Shown in pieces: positions 1 through 13,090 of a DNA stretch of 64,000 nucleotides (position 1 is its first letter; each line of letters starts with the position of its first letter). Where the stretch lies: assembly GCA_950097015.1 (NCBI GenBank), contig CATNEN010000003.1:3410001-3474000 (forward strand), written 5' to 3'. The translations under genes and the position numbers were made by a program. Below the pieces are notes generated by a model. The model saw only the letters and a list, made by a program, of their open reading frames with translations, was not told the origin of the DNA and did no database searches. Source of the stretch: Macrostomum hystrix (Eukaryota > Animalia > Platyhelminthes).

Positions 1-3000
1 AGAGGGTGAAAGATAAGAGAGGGTGAGAGATAGGAGAGGGAGAGAGATAAGAGAGGGTGAGAGATAAGAGAGGGTGAGAGATAGGAGATGGATAGAGATA
101 AGAGAGGGAGAGAGATAAGAGAGGGAGAGAGATAAGAGAGGGAGAGAGATAAGAGAGGGTGATAGATAAAAGAGGGAGAGAGATAAGAGAGGGAGAGAGA
201 TAAGAGAGGGAGAGAGATAAGAGAGGGTGATAGATAAAAGAGGGAGAGAGATAAGAGAGGGTGAGAGATAAGAGAGGGTGAGAGATAAGAGAGGGAGAGA
301 GATAAGAGAGGGTGAGAGATAAGAGAGGGTGAGAGATTAGAGGGAGAGAGATAAGAGAGGGTGAGAGATAAGAGAGGGAGAGAGATAAGAGAGGGAGAGA
401 GATAAGAGAGGGAGAGAGATAAGAGAGGGAGAGAGATAAGAGAGGGAGAGAAATAAGAGAGGGAGAGAGATAAGAGAGGGAGAGAGATAAGAGAGGGAGA
501 GAAATAAGAGAGGGAGAGAGATAAGAGAGGGAGAGAGATAAGAGGGGGAGAGAGATAAGAGAGGGAGAGAGATAAGAGAGGGAGAGAGATAAGAGAGGGT
601 GATAGATAAAAGAGGGAGAGAGATAAGAGAGGGTGAGAGATAAGAGAGGGTGAGAGATAAGAGAGGGAGAGAGATAAGAGAGGGTGAGAGATAAGAGAGG
701 GTGAGAGATAAGAGAGGGAGAGAGATAAGAGAGGGTGAGAGATAAGAGAGGGTGAGAGATAGGAGAGGGAGAGAGATAAGAGAGGGTGAGAGATAAGAGA
801 GGGTGAGAGATAGGAGAGGGAGAGAGATAAGAGAGGGAGAGAGATAAGAGAGGGAGAGAGATAAGAGAGGGTGAGAGATAAGAGAGGGAGAGAGTTAAGA
901 GAGAGAGAGAGATAAGAGAGGGAGAGAGATAAGAGAGGGTGAGAGATAAGAGAGGGAGAGAGTTAAGAGAGGGAGAGAGATAAGAGAGGGAGAGAGATAA
1001 GAGAGGGTGAAAGATAAGAGAGGGTGAGAGATAGGAGAGGGAGAGAGATAAGAGAGGGTGAGAGATAAGAGAGGGTGAGAGATAAGAGAGGGTGAGAGAT
1101 AAGAGAGGGAGAGAGATAAGAGAGGGTGAGAGATAAGAGAGGGTGAGAGATAGGAGATGGATAGAGATAAGAGAGGGAGAGAGATAAGAGAGGGAGAGAG
1201 ATAAGAGAGGGTGAGAGATAAGAGAGGGTGAGAGATAAGAGAGGGTGAGAGATAAGAGAGGGAGAGAGATAAGAGAGGGAGAGAGTTAAGAGAGGGAGAG
1301 AGATAAGAGAGGGTGAGAGATAGGAGAGAGAGATAAGAGAGGGAGAGATAAGAGAGAGAGATAAGAGAGGGAGAGAGATAAGAGAGGGTGATAGATAAAA
1401 GAGGGAGAGAGATAAGAGAGGGTGAGAGATAAGAGAGGGTGAGAGATAAGAGAGGGAGAGAGATAAGAGAGGGTGAGAGATAAGAGAGGGTGAGAGATTA
1501 GAGGGAGAGAGATAAGAGAGGGTGAGAGATAAGAGAGGGAGAGAGATAAGAGAGGGAGAAAGATAAGAGAGGGTGAGAGATAAGAGAGGGAGAGAGATAA
1601 GAGAGGGTGAGAGATAAGAGAGGGAGAGAGATAAGAGAGGGAGAGAGATAAGAGAGGGTGAGAGATAAGAGAGGGAGGGAGATAAGAGAGGGTGAGAGAT
1701 AAGAGAGGGTGAGAGATAAGAGGGGGAGAGAGATAAGAGAGGGTGAGAGATAAGAGAGGGAGAGAGATAAGAGGGGGAGAGAGATAAGAGAGGGTGAGAG
1801 ATAAGAGAGGGAGAGAGATAAGAGAGGGAGAGAGACAAGAGAGGGTGAGAGATAAGAGCGGGAGAGAGATAAGAGAGGGTGAGAGATTAGAGAGGGAGAG
1901 AGATAAGAGGGGGAGAGAGATAAGAGAGGGAGAGAGATAGGAGAGGGAGAGAGATAAGAGAGGGAGAGAGATAAGAGAGGGAGAGAGATAAGAGAGGGAG
2001 AGAGTTAAGAGAGGGAGAGAGATAAGAGAGGGTGAGAGATAAGAGAGGGAGAGATAAGAGAGAGAGATAAGAGAGGGAGAGAGATAAGAGAGGGTGATAG
2101 ATAAAAGAGGGTGATAGATAAAAGAGGGAGAGAGATAAGAGAGGGAGAGAGATAAGAGAGGGAGAGAGATAAGAGAGGGTGATAGATAAAAGAGGGAGAG
2201 AGATAAGAGAGGGTGAGAGATAAGAGAGGGTGAGAGATAAGAGAGGGAGAGAGATAAGAGAGGGTGAGAGATAAGAGAGGGTGAGAGATTAGAGGGAGAG
2301 AGATAAGAGAGGGTGAGAGATAAGAGAGGGAGAGAGATAAGAGAGGGTGAGAGATAAGAGAGGGTGAGAGATAGGAGATGGATAGAGATAAGAGAGGGAG
2401 AGAGATAAGAGAGGGAGAGAGATAAGAGAGGGTGAGAGATAAGAGAGGGTGAGAGATAAGAGAGGGTGAGAGATAAGAGAGGGAGAGAGATAGGAGAGGG
2501 AGAGAGATAAGAGAGGGTGAGAGATAAGAGAGGGAGAGAGATAAGAGAGGGAGAGAGTTAAGAGAGGGAGAGAGATAAGAGAGGGTGAGAGATAGGAGAG
2601 AGAGATAAGAGAGGGAGAGATAAGAGAGAGAGATAAGAGAGGGAGAGAGATAGGAGAGAGAGATAAGAGAGGGAGAGATAAGAGAGGGAGAAATAAGAGA
2701 GGGAGAGATATATGACAGAGAGAGAGATAAGAGAGGGAGAGAGATAAGAGAGGGAGAGAGAGAAGAGAGGGAGAGAGATAAGAGGGGGAGAGAGATAAGA
2801 GAGGGAGAGAGATAAGAGAGGGTGAGAGATAAGAGAGGGAGAGAGATAAGAGAGGGAGAGAGATAAGAGAGGGTCAGAGATAAGAGAGGGAGAGAGATAA
2901 GAGAGGGTGAGAGATAAGAGAGGGAGAGAGATAAGAGAGGGAGAAAGATAAGAGAGGGTGAGAGATAAGAGAGGGTGAGAGATAAGAGAGGGAGAGAGAT

Positions 3001-5253
3001 AAGAGAGGGTGAGAGATAAGAGAGGGTGAGAGATTAGAGAGGGAGAGAGATAAGAGAGGGTGAGAGATAAGAGAGAGAGAGAAACAAGAGAGGGTGATAG
3101 ATAAAAGAGGGAGAGAGATAAGAGAGGGTGAGAGATAAGAGAGGTTGAGAGATAAGAGAGGGAGAGAGATAAGAGAGGGTGAGAGATAAGAGAGGGTGAG
3201 AGATTAGAGAGGGTGAGAGATAAGAGAGGGAGAGAGATAAGAGAGGGTGAGAGATAAGAGAGGGTGAGAGATTAGAGGGAGAGAGATAAGAGAGGGTGAG
3301 AGATAAGAGAGGGAGAGAGATAAGAGAGGGAGAGAGATAAGAGAGGGAGAGAGATAAGAGAGGGAGAGAGATAAGAGAGGGAGAGAAATAAGAGAGGGAG
3401 AGAGATAAGAGAGGGAGAGAGATAAGAGAGGGAGAGAAATAAGAGAGGGAGAGAGATAAGAGAGGGAGAGAGATAAGAGGGGGAGAGAAATAAGAGAGGG
3501 AGAGAGATAAGAGAGGGAGAGAGATAAGAGAGGGAGAAAGATAAGAGAGGGTGAGAGATAAGAGAGGGAGAGAGATAAGAGAGGGTGAGAGATAAGAGAG
3601 GGAGAGAGATAAGAGAGGGAGAGATATAAGAGAGGGAGAGAGTTAAGAGAGGGAGAGAGATAAGAGAGGCAGAGAGATAAGAGAGGGTGAGATATAAGAG
3701 AGGGAGAGAGATAAGAGAGGGAGAGAGTTAAGAGAGGGTGAGAGATAAGAGAGGGAGAGAGATAAGAGAGGGAGAGAGATAAGAGAGGGTGAGAGATAAG
3801 AGAGGGTGAGAGATAAGAGAGGGTGAGAGATAAGAGAGGGAGAGAGATAAGAGAGGGAGAGAGATAAGAGAGGGAGAGAGATAAGAGAGGGAGAGAGATA
3901 AGAGAGGGAGAGAGATAAGAGAGGGAGAAAGATAAGAGAGGGTGAGAGATAAGAGAGGGAGAGAGATAAGAGAGGGTGAGAGATTAGAGAGGGAGAGAGA
4001 TAGGAGGGGGAGAGAGATAAGAGAGGGTGAGAGATAAGAGAGGGTGAGAGATAAGAGAGGGTGAGAGATAAGAGAGGGAGAGAGATAAGAGAGGGAGAGA
4101 GATAAGAGAGGGAGAGAGATAAGAGAGGGAGAGAGATAAGAGAGGGAGAAAGATAAGAGAGGGTGAGAGATAAGAGAGGGAGAGAGATAAGAGAGGGTGA
4201 GAGATTAGAGAGGGAGAGAGATAAGAGGGGGAGAGAGATAAGAGAGGGAGAGAGATAAGAGAGGGAGAGAGATAAGAGAGGGTGAGAGATTAGAGAGGGA
4301 GAGAGATAAGAGAGGGTGAGAGATAAGAGAGGGAGAGAGTTAAGAGAGGGAGAGAGATAAGAGAGGGTGAGAGATTAGAGAGGGAGAGAGATAAGAGGGG
4401 GAGAGAGATAAGAGAGGGAGAGAGATAAGAGAGGGAGAGAGATAAGAGAGGGAGAGAGATAAGAGAGGGAGAGAGATAAGAGAGGGAGAGAGATAAGAGA
4501 GGGTGAGAGATAAGAGAGGGAGAGAGTTAAGAGAGGGAGAGAGATAAGAGAGGGAGAGAGATAAGAGAGGGTGAGAGATAAGAGAGGGAGAGAAATAAGA
4601 GAGGGAGAGAGATAGGAGAGGGAGAGAGATAAGAGAGGGTGAAAGATAAGAGAGGGTGAGAGATAAGAGAGGGAGAGAGTTAAGAGAGGGAGAGAGATAA
4701 GAGAGGGTGAGAGATAGGAGAGAGAGAGAGATAAGAGAGGGTGAGAGATAAGAGAGGGTGAGAGATAAGAGAGGGTGAGAGATAAGAGAGGGAGAGAGAT
4801 AAGAGAGGGTGAGAGATAAGAGAGGGTGAGAGATAGGAGAGGGAGAGAGATAAGAGAGGGTGAGAGATAAGAGAGGGTGAGAGATAAGAGAGGGTGAGAG
4901 ATAAGAGAGGGAGAGAGATAAGAGAGGGTGAGAGATAAGAGAGGGTGAGAGATAGGAGATGGATAGAGATAAGAGAGGGAGAGAGATAAGAGAGAGAGAG
5001 AGATAAGAGAGGGTGAGAGTTAAGAGAGGGAGAGAGATAAGAGAGGGTGAGAGATAGGAGAGAGAGAGAGATAAGAGAGGGTGAGAGATAAGAGAGGGTG
5101 AGAGATAAGAGAGGGTGAGAGATAAGAGAGGGAGAGAGTTAAGAGAGGGAGAGAGATAAGAGAGGGTGAGAGATAAGAGAGGGAGAGAGATAAGAGAGGG
5201 AGAGAGATAAGAGAGGGTGATAGATAAGAGAGCGAGAGAGATAAGAGAGGGAG
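1..5253. repeat. 17-bp polypurine minisatellite (ATAAGAGAGGGAGAGAG / ATAAGAGAGGGTGAGAG), more than 5.2 kb, runs off the window start
   Basis: 17-nt period visible directly; the S/L/P-rich minus-strand ORFs show the matching 17-aa period. Confidence 0.98.
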
Positions 5254-5280
5254 ATGCCGGTCGGGTGCTTTTGTTGGGAC

Positions 5281-5422
5281 CGTATGTGAATGCTGTGTAC
5301 GGCTGTTCAGTCCACTGCCTAGGGGCCGCCACATCCACCCTCGATTGCCTCATCTAACAGTTAAGGGTTTTGCTAAACCTTCAAGTCATGAGTCCAACGT
5401 TTTAACCGATAGGGTACAACCG
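5281..5422 (-). mobile_element. Degenerate, internally deleted copy of SINE family 1
   Basis: Matches the 30830-31134 copy in two blocks (ctgtgtacggctgttcagtcca; ccttcaagtcatgagtccaacg...taacc). Confidence 0.65.
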
Positions 5423-5769
5423 CTGGGAAAGGAAACGAAAAGAGATGCCAGGTAAAGTCAATAAAATAAATCCAATTTTACTATGCTGCTTTGGTTTATT
5501 TCTGCAACTATTTGGCTACAGATTGCGAATACTGTGTTAAGCCACCTTGACATATGAGGCCAGGCCTCAGGTATAAAATTTCTGCACCGTTTTTTAAACC
5601 CTATGGTTCGGGTCCTACGTTTCGTTTTTGTTTTGAACGAGTTTTCAGACAAGAATGAAAAACAAATGAAACTGGGGAGGGTGATCGATGGCCTCGTTTC
5701 ATATGGCCCAAATGCGTCATCGAATGCTTCTCACAGTGGCTTTTTAAATCTGTTTTAGCTTTAAAGGCT

Positions 5770-6390
5770 GGGAAACGGATTTAAGGACTTACTGGCTTGC
5801 GATTGAGAGGTCGTGGGTTCGATTGTCGGCCAAAATGGATGCTATTTCTGTCTTTTTATCCTTAATAAAAATAATAATTGCAGGAGGGCTGCGGGCAATG
5901 CCACATCATTTGGTGACACTAGACCCGCAGCCAGCGAGGAGGCAATTCTGCCCATTTCGCTGACTCCTGAGCACACACGCACACAGATACTGTACGCAGG
6001 CACACGCTCACACAGGTGTGTACATCTGCCCTGACTTTCTCATCGTCAGGCAGTGTACACTCTCACTGTGCCTTGGAGGTTGGCCCTCAAGGGCGTAAAT
6101 TGCACGACAAGCCCCCAAGCCTTCTCTACGCGGCTGCGCCCCAAATAAATGTGGTCTCGCCGTGGAATCGAACTTAGGGCCTTGGTGCGAGAGGCAAACG
6201 CGATAACCGCTCTGCCACCGACCCCTCAACACATCCTTAATTCTCAATTGCTTCTCAACCCAGCTGTAAAATGAGTTCGAGCATTAGCTTAGGTATAGAA
6301 TTTTTTTGACTTTGTAGGTTCCCAGTCCATGGACTGAACAATCTGTACGCAGCCTTTGTACGTGAAGGCTGTGCGAAAGCGAACAAAATT
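5770..6390 (+). mobile_element. Old SINE family 1 copy interrupted by a SINE family 2 insertion
   Basis: B-box-like gggttcgatt near 5815; body resumes after 6241 (cccagctgtaaaatg...gcattagct...gtccatggactgaaca) and matches the 52985-53270 copy. Confidence 0.7.
5867..6232 (-). mobile_element. SINE family 2, tRNA-derived (Val-like head), full length
   Basis: Minus-strand A box (TGGCAGAGCGG) and B box (GTTCGATTCC), (TTA)n tail, 9-bp TSD ATCCTTAAT at 5858-5866 and 6233-6241; near-identical copy at 38559-38915. Confidence 0.9.
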
Positions 6391-7899
6391 ATTTTAGCTT
6401 CAAAAAACTTATTCTTGTGAATTCTTTAAAAAATGTTTCCTTTTTCTAACAGAATTTTCTTAAGAAATGCCACGCAAATTGTTGGCTCAATGTAAAGACT
6501 AGATGTATATTGTGAGTTTTTTGTAAAGTTTACTTTCATTAAAAAGGCCATTAGCAGAAATTTAGTTTGCAAATACCGGGAAGTAGGCAGGCGGGTATTT
6601 GAAATTCTCCCGTGCTCAGTGAAGATAATTAGGTCTTTGTACTTTTGAACCTCGATCTGTCATTTAAACAGCCCAGTAATAAAAAAACTCATCAATTGAT
6701 TTGTATTTTAATTAATTTCGTTGCAGCTTCGAAAACTTCAAAAAAAAACAAATTAGAAAATAGATTTTTGCTGATTTCTCTCTATTTTGAGACCTTTTTT
6801 CCAAGCTTCCACAATTATTTTATACAACAGTATCTTGGTGCAGTATTTTAAATATAATGTGCAGGATATAGTACATTTCACTTGGTTTTGATGCGCATGC
6901 CTGTCCAGATGGATGGTGCTCGTTTTCTTGAAGCAAGTTTTCTAGAAGGGAAAGTTTACACAGAAAACAGCTGGACTTATCTTATCTACCTCAAGGGTGT
7001 ATTTTAGACATCTTTGTTAATTGAATGCTTTTTAGGACAAAAAGTGCTTCTGCTTATATTTTTCATACTTTACTTATATTCCTGTTTCGTATTGCAAAAA
7101 GGACAAAGATTTTTTATTTTATTTTATTTTTATTTTTAATTTTTATTTTTATTTCAAAAGCCCAGCTTAGATTATGAAGAAATCGCTTTTTTGGCAAAAA
7201 AAAGTACAATGCTCTTTAGTTTTTTCTTCATTTCTAGAATCTCAGAAGCAAATGTATAGCCGGATTCTTATAATTGTTTTGTTTCCAATAAAGCATCATG
7301 TTTCAATAATTTTGCGTGTTTTTATATATGCTGAGATGAAGAATCAACTCGTAAAAATCCGTGAATTTCCTGATATCCAAAGCCCATTTCCAAAATATAA
7401 CTGGCCTTCAAGAATCGACGACATCCTAAAAATAGATTATGTAACGATTTCTTATGCAACAAATTGAGTCCTCGCAGTAAGAGCCCGTTCATACGGCTGT
7501 GAGCCAATTCAGGCCGAGAGTCAAGTTAATTTAAGTTTAACAGAGCGATAGGAAGGGGGGTTGGCGGTACGATAACAAGAGTGCGCGACTGAGGGTAGGA
7601 GAGGAGGCTAGAACGTGAGCGGCGGACCAATCAGAGAGGAGGAAAGAAAGAAAGGATAGATAATGAGAGATCAGCCGCAGGGATAACGAGAGAGAAAGAA
7701 CTAGATTGAACTGGACGATGTAAACAAGAAAAGTGCAGAGAACGAAAGAGTGAATAGAGGACAGAAGGCAGAGACGAAAGTCGCGACAGGTTAGGTTTTG
7801 TAGATTTCCGAGTCGAAAAAGAATTCTGAGAAATGATAAAACTCTTAGGAAATAGTTTAAATTCAAAGAAATAGCCGAGTTCATCGGAATAAATCAGAG

Positions 7900-8207
7900 A
7901 GTTAAAAACTCGTTTGAGTTTTATAAAATCATCGAATTCTAAGAAATCGTCGAATTCCAAGAAATCATCGAATTCCAAGAAATCGGCGAATTCCAAGAAA
8001 TCTTCGAATTCCAAGAAATTTTGTAGTTCTAAGAAATCGTCGAATTCCAAGACATCGTCGAAACTCAAGTTGTCGTCTAATTCCAAGAAATTGTAGAATT
8101 AGAAGAAATCTTTGAATTTCTAGAAAAAGTCGATTTCAAGGAATCGTCGAATTCCTAGAAATTGTCGAAAAAACAATAGATCGGCGAATTCTAAGAAATA
8201 ATTGAAG
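7900..8207. repeat. Degenerate 18-bp minisatellite (AAGAAATCGTCGAATTCC)
   Basis: 18-nt period; source of the LEFDDF and KKSSNS repeat ORFs. Confidence 0.85.
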
Positions 8208-8215
8208 TCCTAGAG

Positions 8216-8890
8216 CAGGGGTCGGCAAACTCCTGCCCGCGGGCCAGATGCGGCCCTTGAAGCTCCCAAATCCGGCCCGTTGCCCCTTCTGACATCTACA
8301 GTGTCCTGTTTCATCTCTCCCGTGTCTAATCTCTCCTGTGTCTCATCGCTCTCGTGTCTAATCTCTCCTGTGTCTCATCGCTCTTGTGTCTAATCTCTCC
8401 TGTGTCTCATCGCTCTCGTGTCTAATCTCTCCCATGTCTCATCGCTTTCGTGTCTTATCTCTCCCGTGTATAATCTCTCCTGTGTCTAATCTCTCCCCTG
8501 TCTTTTCTCTCCCGTGTCCGATCTCTCCCCTGTCTTATCTCTCCCGTGTCTCATCTCTCCCGTGTCTCATCTCTCCCGTGTCTAATCTCTCCCCTGTCTT
8601 ATCTCTCCCGTGTCCAATCTCTCCCCTGTCTTATCTCTCCCGTGTCTAATCTCTCCCGTGTCTAATCTCTCCCGTGTCTCATCTCTCCCGTGTCTAATCT
8701 CTCTCCTGTCTTATCTCTCCCGTGTCCAATCTCTCCCCTGTCTAATCTCTCCCGTGTCTCATCTCTCCCGTGTCTCATCTCTCCCGTGTCTCATCTCTCC
8801 CCTATCTCATATTTATACAGTCAATGCGGCCCGCTGTCGTCTTTTAGGTTCTCTCTTTGGCCCGCCAGCAAATAAGTTTGCCTACCCCTG
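8216..8890 (+). mobile_element. Non-autonomous hAT (Buster/Charlie-type) MITE with internal 16-bp minisatellite
   Basis: TIRs CAGGGGTCGGCAAACT / AGTTTGCCTACCCCTG; perfect 8-bp TSD TCCTAGAG (8208-8215, 8891-8898) with central TA. Confidence 0.93.
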
Positions 8891-9789
8891 TCCTAGAGAA
8901 ATCATCTAAAGTAAGGATACAACGAAGCTCATTAAAATAGACTAACAGACGAGAATAAATGAAATGATATATCAAACCGAGTTCTCCTATCTTCAGTAGA
9001 CAGTAAAAATTGCATTTTTATGCGACACTTAAGAACACATTAAGCATATTTTTTTGCCAATTTAATATCTATCTATTATAGTCAAGCGAATTTCGTCTTA
9101 TCATTTCAACATCACTGCATTAGCAGTACTTGATACACAATGACTATATATCAGGCAATTGCTTCTGTCAATGAATGATGAAATCGACAAAGCAACTGCG
9201 TATAACATAGATAAAGATAAGATCTATAGATGACCTTCTGAATGCACTGCTAGTCTAGATCTAGTAGTCCACTATAAAAGCCGGTTCGTGCAGCAGTCCT
9301 CATATGTACGGTTTCGAATTTCACATTCAGCCTAGTATAGATATTTTTCCTTCCCCCGTTATTGCTGCGTAGGTTAAATAATCTTACTGAAAGTCTTCGG
9401 AAAAGAAAAAAAGAAAATGTTTATACCAAAAGAAGAGACACACTGGAAAAATTCTAGGCCAAAGAAAAAAGAGAAGAGTGGAGCATAGGGAGAGAATATT
9501 CGAGGGATTAATTTGGGGATTTTTATGTAAGCAAATCAATACCGCGCATACAGTTTAGTCTATAGTTTTTTAGTGCTTCTATGTGCTAGGAATAAATTTG
9601 ACTTCATTTACATTCCTTTCCTGTCCAGCCATTAGAGGATAATGCCGACTATAAATAATTACTAGTACCTGCGTAGTTTTAACAAAACTTATCTGGAAAA
9701 CTAATGTCAACAACAGAAATAGTGAACAAATAGCAAAATCGAGGCAGCGAATAAGAGGCCGAGGGACTCGGATATATTTTACTCTCTGG

Positions 9790-10470
9790 GATTGAGGATG
9801 AATCCAGTCTGATAGTCTATTGGCGTGAGGGTGAATTCAATCTAATAGTCTATGGGAGTGAGGGTGAATTCAATCTAATAGTCTATGGTAGCAAGGGTAA
9901 ATGCAATCTGATAGTCTATGGGAGTGAGGGTGAATTCAATCTAATAGTCTATGGGAGTGAGGGTGAATTCAATCTAATAGTCTATGGTAGCAAGGGTAAA
10001 TGCAATCTGATAGTCTATGGGAGTGAGGGTGAATTCAATCTAATAGTCTATGGTAGCAAGGGTAAATGCAATCTGATAGTCTATGGGAGTGAGGGTGAAT
10101 TCAATCTAATAGTCTATGGTAGCAAGGGTAAATGCAATCTGATAGTCTATGGGAGTGAGGGTGAATTCAATCTAATAGTCTATGGTAGCAAGGGTAAATG
10201 CAATCTGATAGTCTATGGGAGTGAGGGTGAATTCAATCTAATAGTCTATGGTAGCAAGGGTAAATGCAATCTACCCACAGTAGTCTATGGGAGTGAGGGT
10301 GAATTCAATCTAATAGTCTATGGGAGTGAGGATGAATTCAATCTAATAGTCTATGGTAGCAAGGGTAAATGCAATCTACCCACAGTAGTCTATGGGAGTG
10401 AGGGTGAATTCAATCTAAGAGTCTATGGGAATGAGGTAGAATCTAATATAATAGTCTATGGGAGTGAGTG
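9790..10470. repeat. 33-bp minisatellite with a 66-bp higher-order dimer
   Basis: Units GAGTGAGGGTGAATTCAATCTAATAGTCTATGG and TAGCAAGGGTAAATGCAATCTGATAGTCTATGG alternate. Confidence 0.93.
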
Positions 10471-11618
10471 TGACTAGATTATTCTACGAGATAAAGTAGT
10501 CTACGAGAACAGGTTGGACTCGAATTACGAGTATATTGGCTCTTTGAGGACACTAGGATTTTGAGTTTCTTTTTTATAGATCAGCTCAAATTCTAGACTG
10601 ACTAGCTAAACTTAATAGCGAATCAGTTTGAGTGACTATAGACAATGATCCTCACCTATCAAAGTCGACTGGATTATAGGATAATGGGGATTGCTTCTGG
10701 ATAAACAATACCATGCACATGCTTCCCACCTGAAAAAATGAAATACGAAACTTTTGACCCACTTTACGGTGGGTGGTATTGGTTCAAAACTCCACCGACT
10801 CTATTTAGGGGGGATATTTCCGCAGCTTTTTTGCACTTGCAGTATCCTATAAGCGGCGCCACTGAATCCCTTTTATGGCTTGCGTTACGTAACACACAGA
10901 CGGACAGTTTTGCCAACAAGAAATTCAGTTCAGCCATAAAGGCTTCTTGTCTAAACACTGCCAGCAATACTAAAGGATTTAGAAATGGTTTTACGTAGAA
11001 CGAAGATGAAGCGAAGCAGAGATGCGCTCGATGGCTTTTCGAATTGCGAATGAACGCCAAAAGGTTCGTCCTTCAATACGCAGCACGTGCGTATATAGAT
11101 CTTGCCCAACTGCGTGATTGTAAAAAGTGTTTACCAAGGTCACCATATGTATGTTTAGGCACTGTATGACACTATCAGGCGTACAGATTTCGATCTGAAG
11201 CAGAAATTTTTCTACTAACAGAACTGTGTGACACACTGGCTACATCGCTTAATTGTATCTCCGATTTTTCATGATTTTCATGCAAGCGACAAAAATAGGA
11301 AAGAAATTTGGTTGATTTTTTACTGGGATAAAATCTTTCTTATAACAAATGATGTAGAATTATTAGTTTTTCCTTTATAGTTTGTAGCTCTGCGTGTAGT
11401 AATTAGTGCTCTTGTCCCTGAACCAGGTGCTGTTGTAGCATCTTGGTGCTATTTTTCCATACTGTGGGTCTCTTTTCCCATTCATTTTTCATTTTGTGCT
11501 TTCTTGGTAGCAAAATTTGTATAGCGGGACACAGATACTCGCGTTAGACCACCGAAGTCGAATAAAATTGAAAAATACACGTGAGTCTGGTTTTGCAAGG
11601 AAGCATTTATCAATACAT

Positions 11619-13090
11619 ACTCTCATCTGCCTCATCTCTCATCTGCCTCATCTCTCATCTGCCTCATCTCTCATCTGCCTCATCTCTCTCATGTGTCTTA
11701 TCTCTCCCCTGACTCATCTCTCCTCTGTCTCATCTCTCCTCTGTCTCATCTCTCCTTTGTCTCATCTCTCCCCTGTCTCCTCTCCTCTGTCTATTCTCTT
11801 CCCTGTCTCATCTCTCCCCTGTCTCCTCTCCTCTGTCTATTCTCTTCCCTGTCTCATCTCTCCCCTGTCTCATCTCTTCTCTGTCTCATCTCTTCTCTGT
11901 CTCATCTCTCCCCTGTCTCCTCTCCTCTGTCTAATCTCTTCCCTGTCTCATCTCTCCCCTGACTCATCTCTCCTCTGTCTCATCTCTCCTCTGTCTCATC
12001 TCTCCTTTGTCTCATCTCTCCCCTGTCTCCTCTCCTCTGTCTATTCTCTTCCCTGTCTCATCTCTCCCCTGTCTCCTCTCCTCTGTCTATTCTCTTCCCT
12101 GTCTCATCTCTCCCCTGTCTCATCTCTTCTCTGTCTCATCTCTTCTCTGTCTCATCTCTCCCCTGTCTCCTCTCCTCTGTCTAATCTCTTCCCTGTCTCA
12201 TCTCTCCCCTGACTCATCTCTCCTCTGTCTCATCTCTCCTCTGTCTCATCTCTCCTTTGTCTCATCTCTCCCCTGTCTCCTCTCCTCTGTCTATTCTCTT
12301 CCCTGTCTCATCTCTCCCCTGTCTCATCTCTTCTCTGTCTCATCTCTCCTCTGTCTCATCTCTCCTTTGTCTCATCTCTCCCCTGTCTCCTCTCCTCTGT
12401 CTATTCTCTTCCCTGTCTCATCTCTCCCCTGTCTCCTCTCCTCTGTCTATTCTCTTCCCTGTCTCATCTCTCCCCTGTCTCATCTCTTCTCTGTCTCATC
12501 TCTTCTCTGTCTCATCTCTCCCCTGTCTCCTCTCCTCTGTCTAATCTCTTCCCTGTCTCATCTCTCCTCTGTCTCATCTCTTCTGTCTCATCTCTCCTCT
12601 GTCTCATCTCTCCTCTGTCTCATCTCTTCTCTGTCTCATCTCTCCTCTGTCTCATCTCTCCTCTGTCTCATCTCTCCTTTGTCTCATCTCTCCCCTGTCT
12701 CCTCTCCTCTGTCTATTCTCTTCCCTGTCTTATCTCTCCCCTGTCTCATCTCTCCTCTGTCTAATCTCTTCCCTGTCTCATCTCTCCCCTGTCTCCTCTC
12801 CTCTGTCTAATCTCTTCCCTGTCTCATCTCTCCTCTGTCTTATCTCTTCCCTGTCTCATCTCTCCCCTGTCTCATCTCTCCTCTGTCTCATCTCTGCACT
12901 GTCTCATCTCTTCTCTGTCTCATCTCTCCTCTGTCTCATCTCTCCTCTGTCTCATCTCTCCTCTGTCTATTCTCTTCCGTGTCTTATCTCTCCATTGCTC
13001 ATATCTGCACTGCATCATCTTTCCCCGTGTCTAATCTCTCACTTGTTTCATTTCTCCCCTGTCTCATCTCCTCCCTGTCTTTTCTCTACC
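11619..13090 (+). repeat. 16-bp TGTCTCATCTCTCCCC-family array (left arm of an inverted pair)
   Basis: Clear period; shares start motif and variant order with the reverse complement of 14900-16039. Confidence 0.95.

Noticed and set aside
5875-5965. HDV-like ribozyme (minus-strand GCCTCCTCGCTGGC matches the HDV P3/L3 segment)
   Set aside because: No upstream P1 strand and no P1.1 GG; the sequence pairs instead with downstream bases as an ordinary stem-loop
6155-6228. Functional tRNA genes at the SINE heads
   Set aside because: Stems are degenerate and each head continues into a SINE body with tail and TSD
6882-6931. CPDGW lectin-like start motif
   Set aside because: The frame stops after a few codons and has no supporting splice donor
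7631-8096. LEFDDF and KKSSNS repeat proteins
   Set aside because: 18-bp array interrupted by a MITE; no non-repetitive coding context
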